IMG/VR virus record: IMGVR_UViG_3300042433_000193
Source: an uncultured virus (IMG/VR IMGVR_UViG_3300042433_000193)
Lineage: Duplodnaviria; Heunggongvirae; Uroviricota; Caudoviricetes
DNA length: 64,000 nucleotides
Direction: 5' to 3' (one strand)
Part shown: in pieces, positions 19,203 to 29,391 of the stretch
Position numbering within the stretch: the first letter of the stretch is position 1
Layout: each line of letters begins with the position of its first letter
Notes under the pieces: generated by a model
What the model saw: only the letters and a program-made list of their open reading frames with translations
What the model was told of the DNA's origin: nothing
Databases searched by the model: none
Program-made: the position numbers and the translations under genes

Positions 19203-19979
19203 ATGATCTATTATCACGTTTTTGGAACTGCTAGAGAAAAAAGCTTAAATGGGAGTCAAGATAATCCTATATTTTGGCGTACTGGCATACCGATTTCGTG
19301 GGACAAAGAACCGACATTAAAGACTGTTGGTGGAATTAACCTATTTGGTCAATTTTGGAAAATAGTTAGCAAATACGGTCAAGAAGTAAGTATTTTCTCT
19401 ATTCCAGAAAACCAGTATAACTCTCGCTATACTGGTTCAATCGCTGACACAATCCCCTTAGAGAGAACCAGTAAAAACTACACTTACTCTGGTACTGTAA
19501 GCGAATCCAAGAAACTTGCTTACAATGTTGTAATAATTGACATCATTCGTGTCACTGATCCAGTTGATTTTCCTGATGATCCTTACCCAGTAAATATTCC
19601 TGAATTTCCTATTATTCCAGACAAAGACTATCAAACAGAAATTCAGTTTTCTAATTCTTTACTAGAAAACACAAATGGGGCAGAACAACGAATAGTGGAA
19701 TGGTCTAGTCCTGTTAGAGTTTTCAATCTTGCTCGAACTGCATTACAATCTGGTGATTTAAATGCTATTCTTGACTTTCATGAAGAAATGAAAGGATCAA
19801 AAAAAGATTTTCTTTATCGTGACCTTTCTGATTATCAGGTAAAAGGAATTTATGAATGGCTAATTTATTGTCGATTAAGTAATGATAATGTTAATAGTAT
19901 GCGCTCTGTAGATACGGTTGGGCAAATTGTTTATTGCACTTTTGATATAATTAACTCAGGATTTGATAGAACACCATGA
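19203..19979 (+). CDS. Tail protein with N-terminal half of DUF2460 plus YC repeats
   Basis: NGAEQRIVEW...LDFHEEMKG....FLYRDLSDY, then two YC units ending NSGFDRTP. Confidence 0.65.
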   Translation: MIYYHVFGTAREKSLNGSQDNPIFWRTGIPISWDKEPTLKTVGGINLFGQFWKIVSKYGQEVSIFSIPENQYNSRYTGSIADTIPLERTSKNYTYSGTVSESKKLAYNVVIIDIIRVTDPVDFPDDPYPVNIPEFPIIPDKDYQTEIQFSNSLLENTNGAEQRIVEWSSPVRVFNLARTALQSGDLNAILDFHEEMKGSKKDFLYRDLSDYQVKGIYEWLIYCRLSNDNVNSMRSVDTVGQIVYCTFDIINSGFDRTP

Positions 19980-20845
19980 ACTTACCTTTAATTAACAATG
20001 ACAACGCCGGCAATTCTTATTATGGCTGGACAACTAATAATCTAGATTGGGCTCCAGAGTCTTTGGGATTTACAAACACTCAATGTGCTAACTGGATAAA
20101 TGGTTTTTTTGGACAAACTTGCGCTTTCGCAAATTCTACTACATTTAATTTAATTTTACCAGTTAGTTTTGAATCACTAAGTTTGCCTGCAACTGCGTCA
20201 AAATTTAGATTTAACAGTTCGGGAATAAGTAAGGATATGGGAAACCCTTCGACGACGACGGTGTCTACCCCATATTGTGGAATTAACTGTATTGACTTGT
20301 TTACGTATTTTTTTAACCGTCCTTCATCTTATTATTGGGCAGTTTTGAATTCGCACAGTTTAAGTATTTTCGTCGATAATTATGTTAATAATCAGCAACG
20401 GCATACCTTTTTTAGTTGCGGATGGCTAAAAAACCCTTTGTTTCCTGCATCGGTTTTTGTTCAGAATGCTTATTTTTTATGGACATTTTTGCCAGGACTA
20501 GCGGCTGGCCGTCCATCATTGGCATTTGGAGCGAATAATAGGCAAAACTTTGTGTTCCCAGGAGCAGCAACTCCAAATCCTATTGCCAATTACCCTGTCT
20601 CTTGTCAGAGTGCTACGCCAGGCGCAAATTTAACAGAATTTTATTTAAGAGATAATGTAGCTCCTAATAAAGCCGTTGGATATGTTCCAAATGTTCTAAA
20701 ATGTTCTTTGCCTCTTTCTGTGGGGAGAATCTATAGAAATACGGGAATAGACCCAGATGGTTCCGATAATCCGTATTGGATGTGTGTAGCGGAAATTGGG
20801 AACGAGCGTCTTTTAATGCGAGCATGGGCTGAAGGATTAGTTTAG
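19976..20845 (+). CDS. Putative virion/receptor-binding protein, paralog B
   Basis: Paralog of 18278-19201 with a divergent middle. Confidence 0.65.
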   Translation: MNLPLINNDNAGNSYYGWTTNNLDWAPESLGFTNTQCANWINGFFGQTCAFANSTTFNLILPVSFESLSLPATASKFRFNSSGISKDMGNPSTTTVSTPYCGINCIDLFTYFFNRPSSYYWAVLNSHSLSIFVDNYVNNQQRHTFFSCGWLKNPLFPASVFVQNAYFLWTFLPGLAAGRPSLAFGANNRQNFVFPGAATPNPIANYPVSCQSATPGANLTEFYLRDNVAPNKAVGYVPNVLKCSLPLSVGRIYRNTGIDPDGSDNPYWMCVAEIGNERLLMRAWAEGLV

Positions 20846-20846
20846 T

Positions 20847-20915
20847 ATGGTAAATGGGCAAATTGTTTATTGCGCTTTTGCCCTTAACAACTCAGGATTC
20901 GATAGAACACCATAA
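20847..20915 (+). CDS. 22-aa mini-ORF consisting of one YC repeat
   Basis: MVNGQIVYCAFALNNSGFDRTP; 20866-20913 is identical to 18232-18279. Confidence 0.4.
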   Translation: MVNGQIVYCAFALNNSGFDRTP

Positions 20916-20929
20916 ACAGCGATTTTAAC

Positions 20930-22603
20930 ATGACTTCTTTTATTCCAAATGGCAATACCGAATTTTACACAGAAGGAGTACTTTCCCCAGAACACGATGG
21001 GGTAAAAACAGAATTTATTTTGATTAAAAAATATTCCTGCGGCAATAACGTTCATCACAGACCTATTCTTTATCCAGATATTGATAGCCTAAAAATCTAT
21101 CAAGGAAATACAGAAATACCACCGGCGGAATATATAGTAGCTCCTGGTAAAATAGTTTTTAATAATCCGCCTCCTAGTAGCCCCAAATTAACTTGGGAAG
21201 GCACTTTTAAAGTATTATGTCATTTTGAAGAAGATAAATTAGATTATCAGCCTATCACAAAAAATAGAAATAACGCTATTTTTACTATCCCTAAATTAAT
21301 TTTACGAGAATCAAGAATTGAACCTGAAATTGCATTGCTACCTGGTGATGTTTTTTATCCAAATTTAAATCACGATTTTAATTTAAATTTGACTAAAAGG
21401 TGTACAATTTCTCCTAAATTTGAGACAAATATTGTTAGCTTATCTAGTGGAGAAAGAAAAAGATTTTCTCGGAGAAATACTCCCTCTGACATTAGCTCTT
21501 TACAACAAAGAAAAACTTTATCTCAAAAAGATATTGATTATTTGATTGCCCTATGGTTGTGCGCTAAGGGGTCAGGATCAACATTTCGTTATCCTGATTT
21601 AGTTAACGGTTTATCAATCTTATCCCGGTTTAACTCTGTTTCTTTGAGCTACCAAAACCAAACCTCTTTACAAATTTATTCACTTGGAGAATTACAGATA
21701 AGGAGATTTACTGAGGGAATACAACAAGATTCAGGGTTAGAAGATTCTTTTGCAAATCCTGTTTTAAGGCTTTGTTATTGCGTTTTAATTGAACTTACAA
21801 ACGGAGAAAAGCTTGGTTATACAAATTTTTCCCAAGACTTAAAAATTGGTGAAGTAGTATTTCGGGCAAAGCAAGCTCTTGATCCGACTGCAATAGAAAA
21901 GCAATTAGGAATACAATCGGATAATCAAGAATACAGAGGTGCTTTTAGTGATAATATTGACGAAAATTTACTTTTTTCTGATAAATTTAGAGAAGCTCGA
22001 ATTATCACAGCAATTGTTGATTGGCAATATCCTCCTAATTCACTTTTGGATCTTCCAGATGAGCAAATACAAATAGGTTATGTGGGAGAAATTAAATCAC
22101 TTGGTGGCGAAAGCTATACGCTTGAAAATCTTACTGCCTCTAGTATTAATTTAAGGCAAAGTAGAGATGAAAAAACATCACCTTTTTGCCGATGGGCTTT
22201 TGGACAGGATAACGGTGATAACTCAGGATGCCGTAAACAAGTACCATTTTACGAGACTCAGGTTGCTGGTGTTAGTAGTCGGAGAGACTTTGAGGTGTGG
22301 GGAGAATACCAAAATCTTGCTTGGGGAAAATGCACATTTACAGACGGAGCAAATAAATCAGCTACTTACGCAATTTACCGAACTGTTTCAATATTTGGAG
22401 GTAAAACTCAAATTCAGTTATTTACTGAAGCATCTGGCCCCGTAGCTACCCACGATGGCGTAATCCTTACTGCTGGATGCGATAAAACCTACAGTACTTG
22501 TAAAAACACTTGGAATAATGCTATAAATTTTGGCAATATCCCCAGTTTTGGTAATTTTATGCCTGGGAATGACTTTTTATTAAGCTCTCCAAAGCAAAGT
22601 TAA
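20930..22603 (+). CDS. GTA-like tail protein fusion: DUF2460 C-half, second DUF2460-like part, DUF2163/BR0599-like hub
   Basis: DGVKTEFILIKKY...RPI; CVLIELTNGEKLGYTN..QDL; AGCDKTYSTC...NN.INFG..P...PG.D. Confidence 0.75.
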   Translation: MTSFIPNGNTEFYTEGVLSPEHDGVKTEFILIKKYSCGNNVHHRPILYPDIDSLKIYQGNTEIPPAEYIVAPGKIVFNNPPPSSPKLTWEGTFKVLCHFEEDKLDYQPITKNRNNAIFTIPKLILRESRIEPEIALLPGDVFYPNLNHDFNLNLTKRCTISPKFETNIVSLSSGERKRFSRRNTPSDISSLQQRKTLSQKDIDYLIALWLCAKGSGSTFRYPDLVNGLSILSRFNSVSLSYQNQTSLQIYSLGELQIRRFTEGIQQDSGLEDSFANPVLRLCYCVLIELTNGEKLGYTNFSQDLKIGEVVFRAKQALDPTAIEKQLGIQSDNQEYRGAFSDNIDENLLFSDKFREARIITAIVDWQYPPNSLLDLPDEQIQIGYVGEIKSLGGESYTLENLTASSINLRQSRDEKTSPFCRWAFGQDNGDNSGCRKQVPFYETQVAGVSSRRDFEVWGEYQNLAWGKCTFTDGANKSATYAIYRTVSIFGGKTQIQLFTEASGPVATHDGVILTAGCDKTYSTCKNTWNNAINFGNIPSFGNFMPGNDFLLSSPKQS

Positions 22604-22682
22604 GTGTTTCTAAAGAATTAATTTCAATTCATGAATGCCAGTAAAAACTGTAGAATAGTTTTATTGATGTTTCCCTTCTGCC

Positions 22683-23087
22683 ATGTATTATATTTCTGTT
22701 GCCAACCAAAGCCATCCCCCCTACGTCGAGAATCACGATTTAAAAATAAATTTTAACGATCTTGGCACTGTTGCGGCTATTGTAATAGCATTACTTAGTA
22801 TGTTTTCAAAAAATACTAAATCACAGGCCAAAGAACTTGATCACGAAACCTTCGAGAAAACATCAAAGAAGATGGAATCTCTTGAACAAAAACTAGAGAA
22901 AATGGTTGAGAAACTATCAACAGGAATAGAAAAACTGACTACATTAACAGCGCAACTTGACAAAGAGATAAGTCTTATTAAAGCCAAACAAGAAACTTTC
23001 TCTTCTATTTCTGATCAAATAGAAGCAATTCGCAGAAAACAGGAAGAACTTGATATACGAATCGGAATACTTGAACATAAATCTTAA
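22683..23087 (+). CDS. Membrane-anchored coiled-coil protein (holin/lysis-associated candidate)
   Basis: One TM segment LGTVAAIVIALLSMF plus coiled coil; immediately upstream of the endolysin. Confidence 0.5.
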   Translation: MYYISVANQSHPPYVENHDLKINFNDLGTVAAIVIALLSMFSKNTKSQAKELDHETFEKTSKKMESLEQKLEKMVEKLSTGIEKLTTLTAQLDKEISLIKAKQETFSSISDQIEAIRRKQEELDIRIGILEHKS

Positions 23088-23118
23088 CAGAATTGTCAAT
23101 TTTACTAACTAAATTACC

Positions 23119-23907
23119 ATGAAATTTCTAGTAGCGAATCGCAACACTATTCTAAAATCGCACCTAACAGACTCCAGTTCCGAAAGTCTTCCCCAAGACT
23201 TTAGAACAATCCAAATTAAAGCTGGACAAAAAGTGATTTATAATCAGATTGTCAAAAGAGAAAAAAATCACTATTTGCTAGAAATAAAGCCCCCGATTGA
23301 GGGTAAATTTAATTGGTACGCTTTTGTTGGTCACTTTAACGACCCTTATCCTCCTGTAGTCTGCAAGGATCAAGTTGAAGGTGTGTTTGACAGGCTTAAC
23401 AATAAAATTACTGATTTTCAGTTTCAAAAATTAGATGAGTGCCTTAAGAGATTTGACATTACCACAGTACAAAGAGTTCGCCATTTTTTAAGCCAAATAG
23501 CCCATGAATCAGCCGGATTAAGATTTATGGTAGAAATCCACGACGGCTCAAATTATGAAGGACGAAAAGACTTAGGGAATACCAGACCTGGTGACGGCAA
23601 AAAGTTCAGAGGTGTAGATGCTATTCAAATGACTGGCAAAGCCCATTATCAGGCATTTGCTAACTATATGGATGATCAGCGTGTTATGCAGGGGTGGTCG
23701 TATGTCAGCGAAAGATATTTATTTTTACCATCTGGGTTTTGGTGGATGAATAACAAAATGAATGAGTTGTGTGACCGTGGGGCAACCGTTGAACAAATTA
23801 CCCGTCGTGTCAACGGTGGTACAAATGGACTAGCCGAAAGAAACCGATATTATGAAAGGGCTTTAAAGTTTATCCAAGATATTGACAATTCAAAAAGTAA
23901 CCTGTAA
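23119..23907 (+). CDS. Endolysin, glycoside hydrolase family 19
   Basis: HFLSQIAHES, YEGRKDLGNTRPGDG.KFRG...IQMTG, ITRRVNGGTNGL.ER. Confidence 0.9.
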   Translation: MKFLVANRNTILKSHLTDSSSESLPQDFRTIQIKAGQKVIYNQIVKREKNHYLLEIKPPIEGKFNWYAFVGHFNDPYPPVVCKDQVEGVFDRLNNKITDFQFQKLDECLKRFDITTVQRVRHFLSQIAHESAGLRFMVEIHDGSNYEGRKDLGNTRPGDGKKFRGVDAIQMTGKAHYQAFANYMDDQRVMQGWSYVSERYLFLPSGFWWMNNKMNELCDRGATVEQITRRVNGGTNGLAERNRYYERALKFIQDIDNSKSNL

Positions 23908-23932
23908 TATTTAGTTAAGACTAGAGGTTATC

Positions 23933-24199
23933 ATGAAAAAAGAATTTCGTCCGTTAATTCTAGAGACAGTAGAAGATTATAGAGAATTTATTAACTGTTA
24001 CGAGATTATTACAATTACTCACTGTCCCCTAGAGGATTGGTATGTAGTGGATGTGACTTCAAAAGTGGGAATTGTAATATCTAATGGTGCGGCTAAGGCT
24101 TTAATGGAAGCGTTAGCTACCGATTTATTTTTTTGCAGTGACGACATTGACGAAAGAAAAGTTTTGCGGAGCGATGGAACATTTGCTAGATTCTTTTAA
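23933..24199 (+). CDS. Hypothetical protein
   Basis: 88 aa, GAGG RBS, TTGACA promoter at 23882. Confidence 0.6.
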   Translation: MKKEFRPLILETVEDYREFINCYEIITITHCPLEDWYVVDVTSKVGIVISNGAAKALMEALATDLFFCSDDIDERKVLRSDGTFARFF

Positions 24200-24277
24200 T
24201 ATTTAGATTTCTCCTTGGGTGATTTAAAACAGACCATCAACAAAATGGTCTGTTTTCTTATATCATAGAAATAGTAC

Positions 24278-25561
24278 ATGGCAGTTCTAATGGCAAAAAA
24301 GAAGAAAAAGGATGACAAATTAAGAGGCTCTCAGCGATCCCTTACTTCACCTGGTATCGTGTCAGTATCACGTCGGTACGATTTGGAGATTACGGAAAAT
24401 CCTATCCGTGATCCGAGAATATCAAGAGAATTAATCGAACTTAATCAATGGTGCTATGAAGTCATCCACGCCCTTGACATGGCCGCTTCTGATACCTTTG
24501 CGTCTGATGATGGAGACGATCAGGGATGGGTAGTAGCCAAAACCCTTGATGATGAAGAAACTCCTATTAACTTAGAAGTATTTGCCATTGCAGAAGATAT
24601 TAGGTTAAGAAAGCAGAATTTTTCAACCTACATGATTGGTGGGGATAGACTCAAGAAAGCCCTAAGATGGGCATTAGGGAAAGGAGAATGTTTTCTAGAG
24701 TTGGGCATTGAACGAGAAGGCTTATCTGCCAACAAGTCTAAAGATTTTGGTGTAGCAAAGACTCTTTATTTACCTACCTTTGAGATGTTTAGAAAAGAAA
24801 CAGATCAAGGGGAACTAATTGGTTTCGAGCAAAGAAAATATGTCTCGGAGTCTGACCCTGATTATTTTTTTGAACCCTATAAAATCTGTCATATTCGCCA
24901 TGAACCTGATTTTCTTTATGGCCGCTCTCTTTGGTTAGCTTCTTTAGATGCTTGGGCTGATGTTAAACAGGCTTTTGATAATTTGATTAGGGCATCTAAT
25001 GACTTAGGAGTTTCTCCGACTCTGCATATTATGCCAGGTATTTCTACCGAGCAAGAAAGAATTTATGAGCGGGAATTAGAAATCCGTAGAAAAAGCGGAA
25101 TAATATCCGACCATATTCTCAGCTATCCTGGGCAAGATATTCGTAAAATGGCTAATTTTAACTCTGATTTAACAGGGCTAATTGATACTCTTTTGCAATG
25201 CCGGTACAAGCTAATTATCCCTGGATTCCCGACCTATTTCTTCCCAGGATTAGAATCAAAAGGGGGAACTAAAGAGTTATCCCGGTCGCCTGATCGTCGC
25301 TATTCTAGGATGAGATACGGATGGTGTCAGCTTCTTAGCGGTGCTATCAAACAGGTAATTGACACAGAAATCATTCTCAGAAAAGGATTAGATTTTTATG
25401 CCGAAAATGCTAGAAATAAATATCGGATACTGTGGCCAGAATGGAGTGAATCTATTGATGGTATGTCTGGGGGAGAAGTTGAAGACACTGACTCTGATTT
25501 AACCGATGAAGAAACTAATAAACAACCTGTTAAAAAAATAAATATAAATCAAAATGATTAA
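24278..25561 (+). CDS. Portal protein (putative)
   Basis: GECFLE, ICHIRH....LYGRSL motif, size, position upstream of head genes. Confidence 0.7.
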   Translation: MAVLMAKKKKKDDKLRGSQRSLTSPGIVSVSRRYDLEITENPIRDPRISRELIELNQWCYEVIHALDMAASDTFASDDGDDQGWVVAKTLDDEETPINLEVFAIAEDIRLRKQNFSTYMIGGDRLKKALRWALGKGECFLELGIEREGLSANKSKDFGVAKTLYLPTFEMFRKETDQGELIGFEQRKYVSESDPDYFFEPYKICHIRHEPDFLYGRSLWLASLDAWADVKQAFDNLIRASNDLGVSPTLHIMPGISTEQERIYERELEIRRKSGIISDHILSYPGQDIRKMANFNSDLTGLIDTLLQCRYKLIIPGFPTYFFPGLESKGGTKELSRSPDRRYSRMRYGWCQLLSGAIKQVIDTEIILRKGLDFYAENARNKYRILWPEWSESIDGMSGGEVEDTDSDLTDEETNKQPVKKININQND

Positions 25562-26924
25562 TCAAATTATTCACGGTGATTGTTTTGATGTTTTAAAAAA
25601 TATTCCTGATAGTTCTATTGATTTAATCCTAACCGATCCTCCTTATGGACTTTCGTTCATGGGAAAAAATTGGGATCATGGTGTACCTGGTGTACAGTTT
25701 TGGATTGAAGCTTTACGAGTCGCTAAACCAGGAGCGCACCTATTTGCTTTTGGTGGGACTCGTACTTTTCACCGATTGGCAGTAGCAATCGAGGACGCTG
25801 GTTGGGAAATCAGAGATACCATTATGTGGGTCTATGGGTCGGGGTTTCCGAAGTCGCTTGACGTGAGCAAGGCGATTGATAAGATGGCAGTAGTTGAATG
25901 TCCTGCGTGTAATGGTATTGGTAAAAACACTGAACTTGAGTCATGGGAAGAGTGGATTAAAAAAACTCAAGACTATGGTGGGACACGCAAAGAGTGGGAA
26001 CGATTGCAAGATTTATCTATAGTTGAATGTCCTGCGTGTAATGGTACAGGAAAAGTACGCGGAGCGAATCGGGAGGTTGTGGGCGTTGAAACTCGCTACA
26101 ACGAAGCTAGCGGTATTGTTTCTGCGGGCCGCGACGAACGGACGCTGATTGAACGAAAAATCACCGTCCCCGCAACTGAAGCCGCAAAGCAATGGCAAGG
26201 CTGGGGGACTGCTCTAAAACCAGCCTTTGAACCGATTACGGTGGCTCGTAAACCTCTCACTGGCACGGTAGCTGAAAATGTCCTACAGTGGGGAACTGGG
26301 GGGATTAATATCGATGGGTGTCGTGTGGAGTGTGAAGGTAAGCCAGTTTTCATCAATGGTGTTGAACGTGATAGAAACAGATCAAGTTACGACACTGGTG
26401 GCAGTAATCGAACGGGTAAAATAACTACACAAGGCCGCTGGCCAGCCAACCTGATCCACGACGGCAGCGAGGAGGTGGTGGGGTTGTTTCCGGAGACAAA
26501 AAGCGGAAAGATGAAAGAGGGACAGATACGAACCAGCAAGCCTCTCTTTGGAAGCAAGACAGACCATATCGCTGAAACATACGGTGACTCAGGCTCCGCC
26601 GCCCGCTTTTTCTATTGCGCTAAAGCTAGTAAATCCGAACGCGGTGAAGGTAATACTCATCCTACGGTGAAACCACTGGGATTAATGAAATATCTGATCA
26701 CATTAGGATTACCGCCGGGTGGGATAGTCCTCGACCCTTTTTGTGGTTCTGGCACTACTGCTTTAGCTTGCAAAGAATTAGGTAGAAATTATATCTGTAT
26801 CGAGAAAGAATTAGAATATTATCAGATAGCTTGTAACAGACTAGACCAACCTATAGAACCTATTCCAGATGAACCGATAGAAGAACCAGTAGATAATTCT
26901 TCATTACAGTTAAAACTGTTTTAA
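25554..26924 (+). CDS. DNA amino-methyltransferase (N4-C/N6-A, beta class)
   Basis: IIHGDC, LTDPPYG, HPTVKP, VLDPFCGSGTT. Confidence 0.92.
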   Translation: MINQIIHGDCFDVLKNIPDSSIDLILTDPPYGLSFMGKNWDHGVPGVQFWIEALRVAKPGAHLFAFGGTRTFHRLAVAIEDAGWEIRDTIMWVYGSGFPKSLDVSKAIDKMAVVECPACNGIGKNTELESWEEWIKKTQDYGGTRKEWERLQDLSIVECPACNGTGKVRGANREVVGVETRYNEASGIVSAGRDERTLIERKITVPATEAAKQWQGWGTALKPAFEPITVARKPLTGTVAENVLQWGTGGINIDGCRVECEGKPVFINGVERDRNRSSYDTGGSNRTGKITTQGRWPANLIHDGSEEVVGLFPETKSGKMKEGQIRTSKPLFGSKTDHIAETYGDSGSAARFFYCAKASKSERGEGNTHPTVKPLGLMKYLITLGLPPGGIVLDPFCGSGTTALACKELGRNYICIEKELEYYQIACNRLDQPIEPIPDEPIEEPVDNSSLQLKLF

Positions 26925-27186
26925 ATTTGATAAAATACAGTAAAACCAAGAGATAATTATGACAAATCTAAAAGCTTATGTTGTTTCCGATTCTAATAAT
27001 CATGTTCTAGTCGCCAATATGACCGAACTGGAAGTTATTGAAGTTTTAAAAGATGAGGTGTCTAAGCTAAAAGCTCAGATCGGTGAACTTAACAAAGCAG
27101 AAACAGGAGCGTAAGTGGATTAGGGAACTGACAAAAAATAACTCTTGACTGTCAAGAGTTTATTATTTAATTTAAAGAGAAAATCC

Positions 27187-27411
27187 ATGAATAACAATAA
27201 CTTTGACGCTATTATCGAAGATTTGAGTATCGAAAACTTGAGAGCCGAATACGCCGAATTAACCGACTCATACGATAGCCTGATGTTTGATTATGAAACA
27301 TTAAAATTAAAGATAAAAATGTTAGAAATTAAAAACCGTAACCTAAAAGCTAAACTCAATAAATCAGAAAAAACCCAAGAATTAGTTTATGACGGATTAG
27401 GAGATAAATAA
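27187..27411 (+). CDS. Hypothetical coiled-coil protein
   Basis: ORF with probable ATG at 27187. Confidence 0.55.
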   Translation: MNNNNFDAIIEDLSIENLRAEYAELTDSYDSLMFDYETLKLKIKMLEIKNRNLKAKLNKSEKTQELVYDGLGDK

Positions 27412-27412
27412 C

Positions 27413-27619
27413 ATGACAGATAAATTCAACCCAAAAGATAAAAAGTCAAGTAAACTTACCCAAAAGATGAGTAAAGAAGAATGGGAAATGCGAAAACCAC
27501 TGCCGCCAGAAATATTAATTTCTTCTTTACAAGAACCGATTCATAAAGACATTGGACGCTCTAAATTTGTTAAAGCATCGAAAAGCCCGATAAAACCATC
27601 GAGAGTAGAATTAGAATAA
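27413..27619 (+). CDS. Hypothetical protein
   Basis: 68 aa; its start M.DKFNP.DK is duplicated in a short ORF at 27627-27797. Confidence 0.5.
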   Translation: MTDKFNPKDKKSSKLTQKMSKEEWEMRKPLPPEILISSLQEPIHKDIGRSKFVKASKSPIKPSRVELE

Positions 27620-27789
27620 AGTAATCATGGCAGATAAATTCAACCCAGAAGATAAAAACCTACAGCCAATTAGTCGGTTGCTAGGGAGAGCCGAAGTAAC
27701 AGCCGATGACATCCAAAAAGCTATCGATGACTGGAAAAAGAAACCTCCGGATGATGAATTTAAAAACCTATTAGAACCTGAAATAAGTT

Positions 27790-28434
27790 ATGAGTGATTT
27801 TTCTTTTAACCCTGCAACTCGACGCTATCGAGACAACCGAACGGGGAGATTTGTCTCCACTGAAAAAGTTAGACAAATCTCCCAACAAACTATTAATGCC
27901 CGTACTCAAAAAACAGATAAACTTACCCGTGACCTTTTAGAGAAAAAAATAACTACCAGCGAGTGGGAAGAAAAAATATCTTTCGAGATTAAAAACCTAA
28001 CTATTCAGCTTTATCGAGTTGGTAAGCCCGATATGACCAATTCTGACTATGGCAGAATTGGGCAGATGCTTAGAACACAATACGCACGATTAAGAAAGTT
28101 TTCCCGTGATATTATTCTTGGTACTCAATCAGAGGCTCAAATAATCAACCGCTCTAAACAGTACGTTGCCAAGTCTAGGGAAGCTTTTGAGGAGGGAAGC
28201 CGGAGAGGACACGCTCTAGTCAACAAGTGGGAAAAGAGAATAATTACCAAAAAAGAATCTTGCCAAGAGTGTCTTTTTTATGAAAGTGCCGGTTGGCAGC
28301 CTATCGGAACACTCCCCCGACCGACTGAAAGATGTACTTGCCGGGCTAATTGCGGCTGTTACTTTATTTTTTCTAACTCTAGGGAACGACCTACCCAGAA
28401 TATGCTCTCGTTAAACTTTGGCTGGACGAAATAA
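27790..28434 (+). CDS. Minor head / MuF-like protein
   Basis: RYRD..TGRFVS start; ESCQEC...GWQPIGTLP.P...C.CRANCGC C-terminus. Confidence 0.65.
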   Translation: MSDFSFNPATRRYRDNRTGRFVSTEKVRQISQQTINARTQKTDKLTRDLLEKKITTSEWEEKISFEIKNLTIQLYRVGKPDMTNSDYGRIGQMLRTQYARLRKFSRDIILGTQSEAQIINRSKQYVAKSREAFEEGSRRGHALVNKWEKRIITKKESCQECLFYESAGWQPIGTLPRPTERCTCRANCGCYFIFSNSRERPTQNMLSLNFGWTK

Positions 28435-28616
28435 AAAACGCAGGGTATCAATCCTGCGCTGTTTCCTCAGCTATACACTTTCTATGGAGACAAATATTTT
28501 GTATTGAAATTTTATATTTATAGGTTGGGCTGGAGACGACACTATTAATATACATCAACCAACCATAAACGTCAAGTCTTTAGATAGAATTATTTATATA
28601 AGTATTTTTTATTGAC

Positions 28617-29336
28617 ATGGAACTAGAACTAACCCGCGCTGAATTAGAGATATTGCTACAGACCCGTCATCCTACCGACGAGGAGATGTCGTTAATCAAT
28701 CAATTCAAACCCTACGGACTCGATCCGTGGGAATCATCGGAACTGATGCGATTTGCTTTAATTGCTTCAAATAACTTAATTCACGGTTCTGGACAGGTAT
28801 GGGATAAAAATGTTTTAGAAACCATGGCATCTAGTTACCCTGGATGCGCTTTGATGCTCGATCATGAGTGGGAAGACCAGACCAAAACTTTTGGGATGAT
28901 CTATGATTCTTTTATTTATTCCTTGCCTCGTGTAAGCAAGGAAGGGATAGTGCGAATCCTCGAAAAATCTCCCAATCCAAGCGAAGATTATCGAATAATC
29001 CAAAAAGACGGCTATCATCAGGTCTTGGTCTTTGGATTTACAGAAGCGACTCACCCGATTATTTCAGAAATTTCCTATGGCAGAAAAGCCGATGTTTCAA
29101 TGGGGGGAATTTTTTATGGCGAGTCGATTTGTCCTATCTGCGATATTCCTTACAGTGATCCTAAATGTCCCCACTACCCCCCATATATGGCAGGGCTAGT
29201 AGATGAAGAAACGCTAACCCCTTACTATCGCCGTTCTGGAAAAATGGATTCTATCGAATGCAGTTTTGTTGCCAGTGGCAATTGTCGCCAAGCAAGATTA
29301 ATAGATTCCCGTCCCAATACTTTTGTTTTTACCTAA
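28617..29336 (+). CDS. Prohead protease-like protein
   Basis: LMLDHEW, DVSMG, CPIC...CPH, IECSFV; directly upstream of the capsid gene. Confidence 0.65.
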   Translation: MELELTRAELEILLQTRHPTDEEMSLINQFKPYGLDPWESSELMRFALIASNNLIHGSGQVWDKNVLETMASSYPGCALMLDHEWEDQTKTFGMIYDSFIYSLPRVSKEGIVRILEKSPNPSEDYRIIQKDGYHQVLVFGFTEATHPIISEISYGRKADVSMGGIFYGESICPICDIPYSDPKCPHYPPYMAGLVDEETLTPYYRRSGKMDSIECSFVASGNCRQARLIDSRPNTFVFT

Positions 29337-29391
29337 AACAGAAAGTTCTGTAGTACAATTATATCTAATAGTTAGTGATCAGCAATCAGTA

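Noticed and set aside
18039..20915. Diversity-generating retroelement template/variable repeat pair
   Set aside because: No reverse transcriptase in the window, and differences between copies are not adenine-specific.
26761..26775. Self-target of TnpB spacer 1 (tagcttgcaa)
   Set aside because: Only about 10 nt match, expected by chance.
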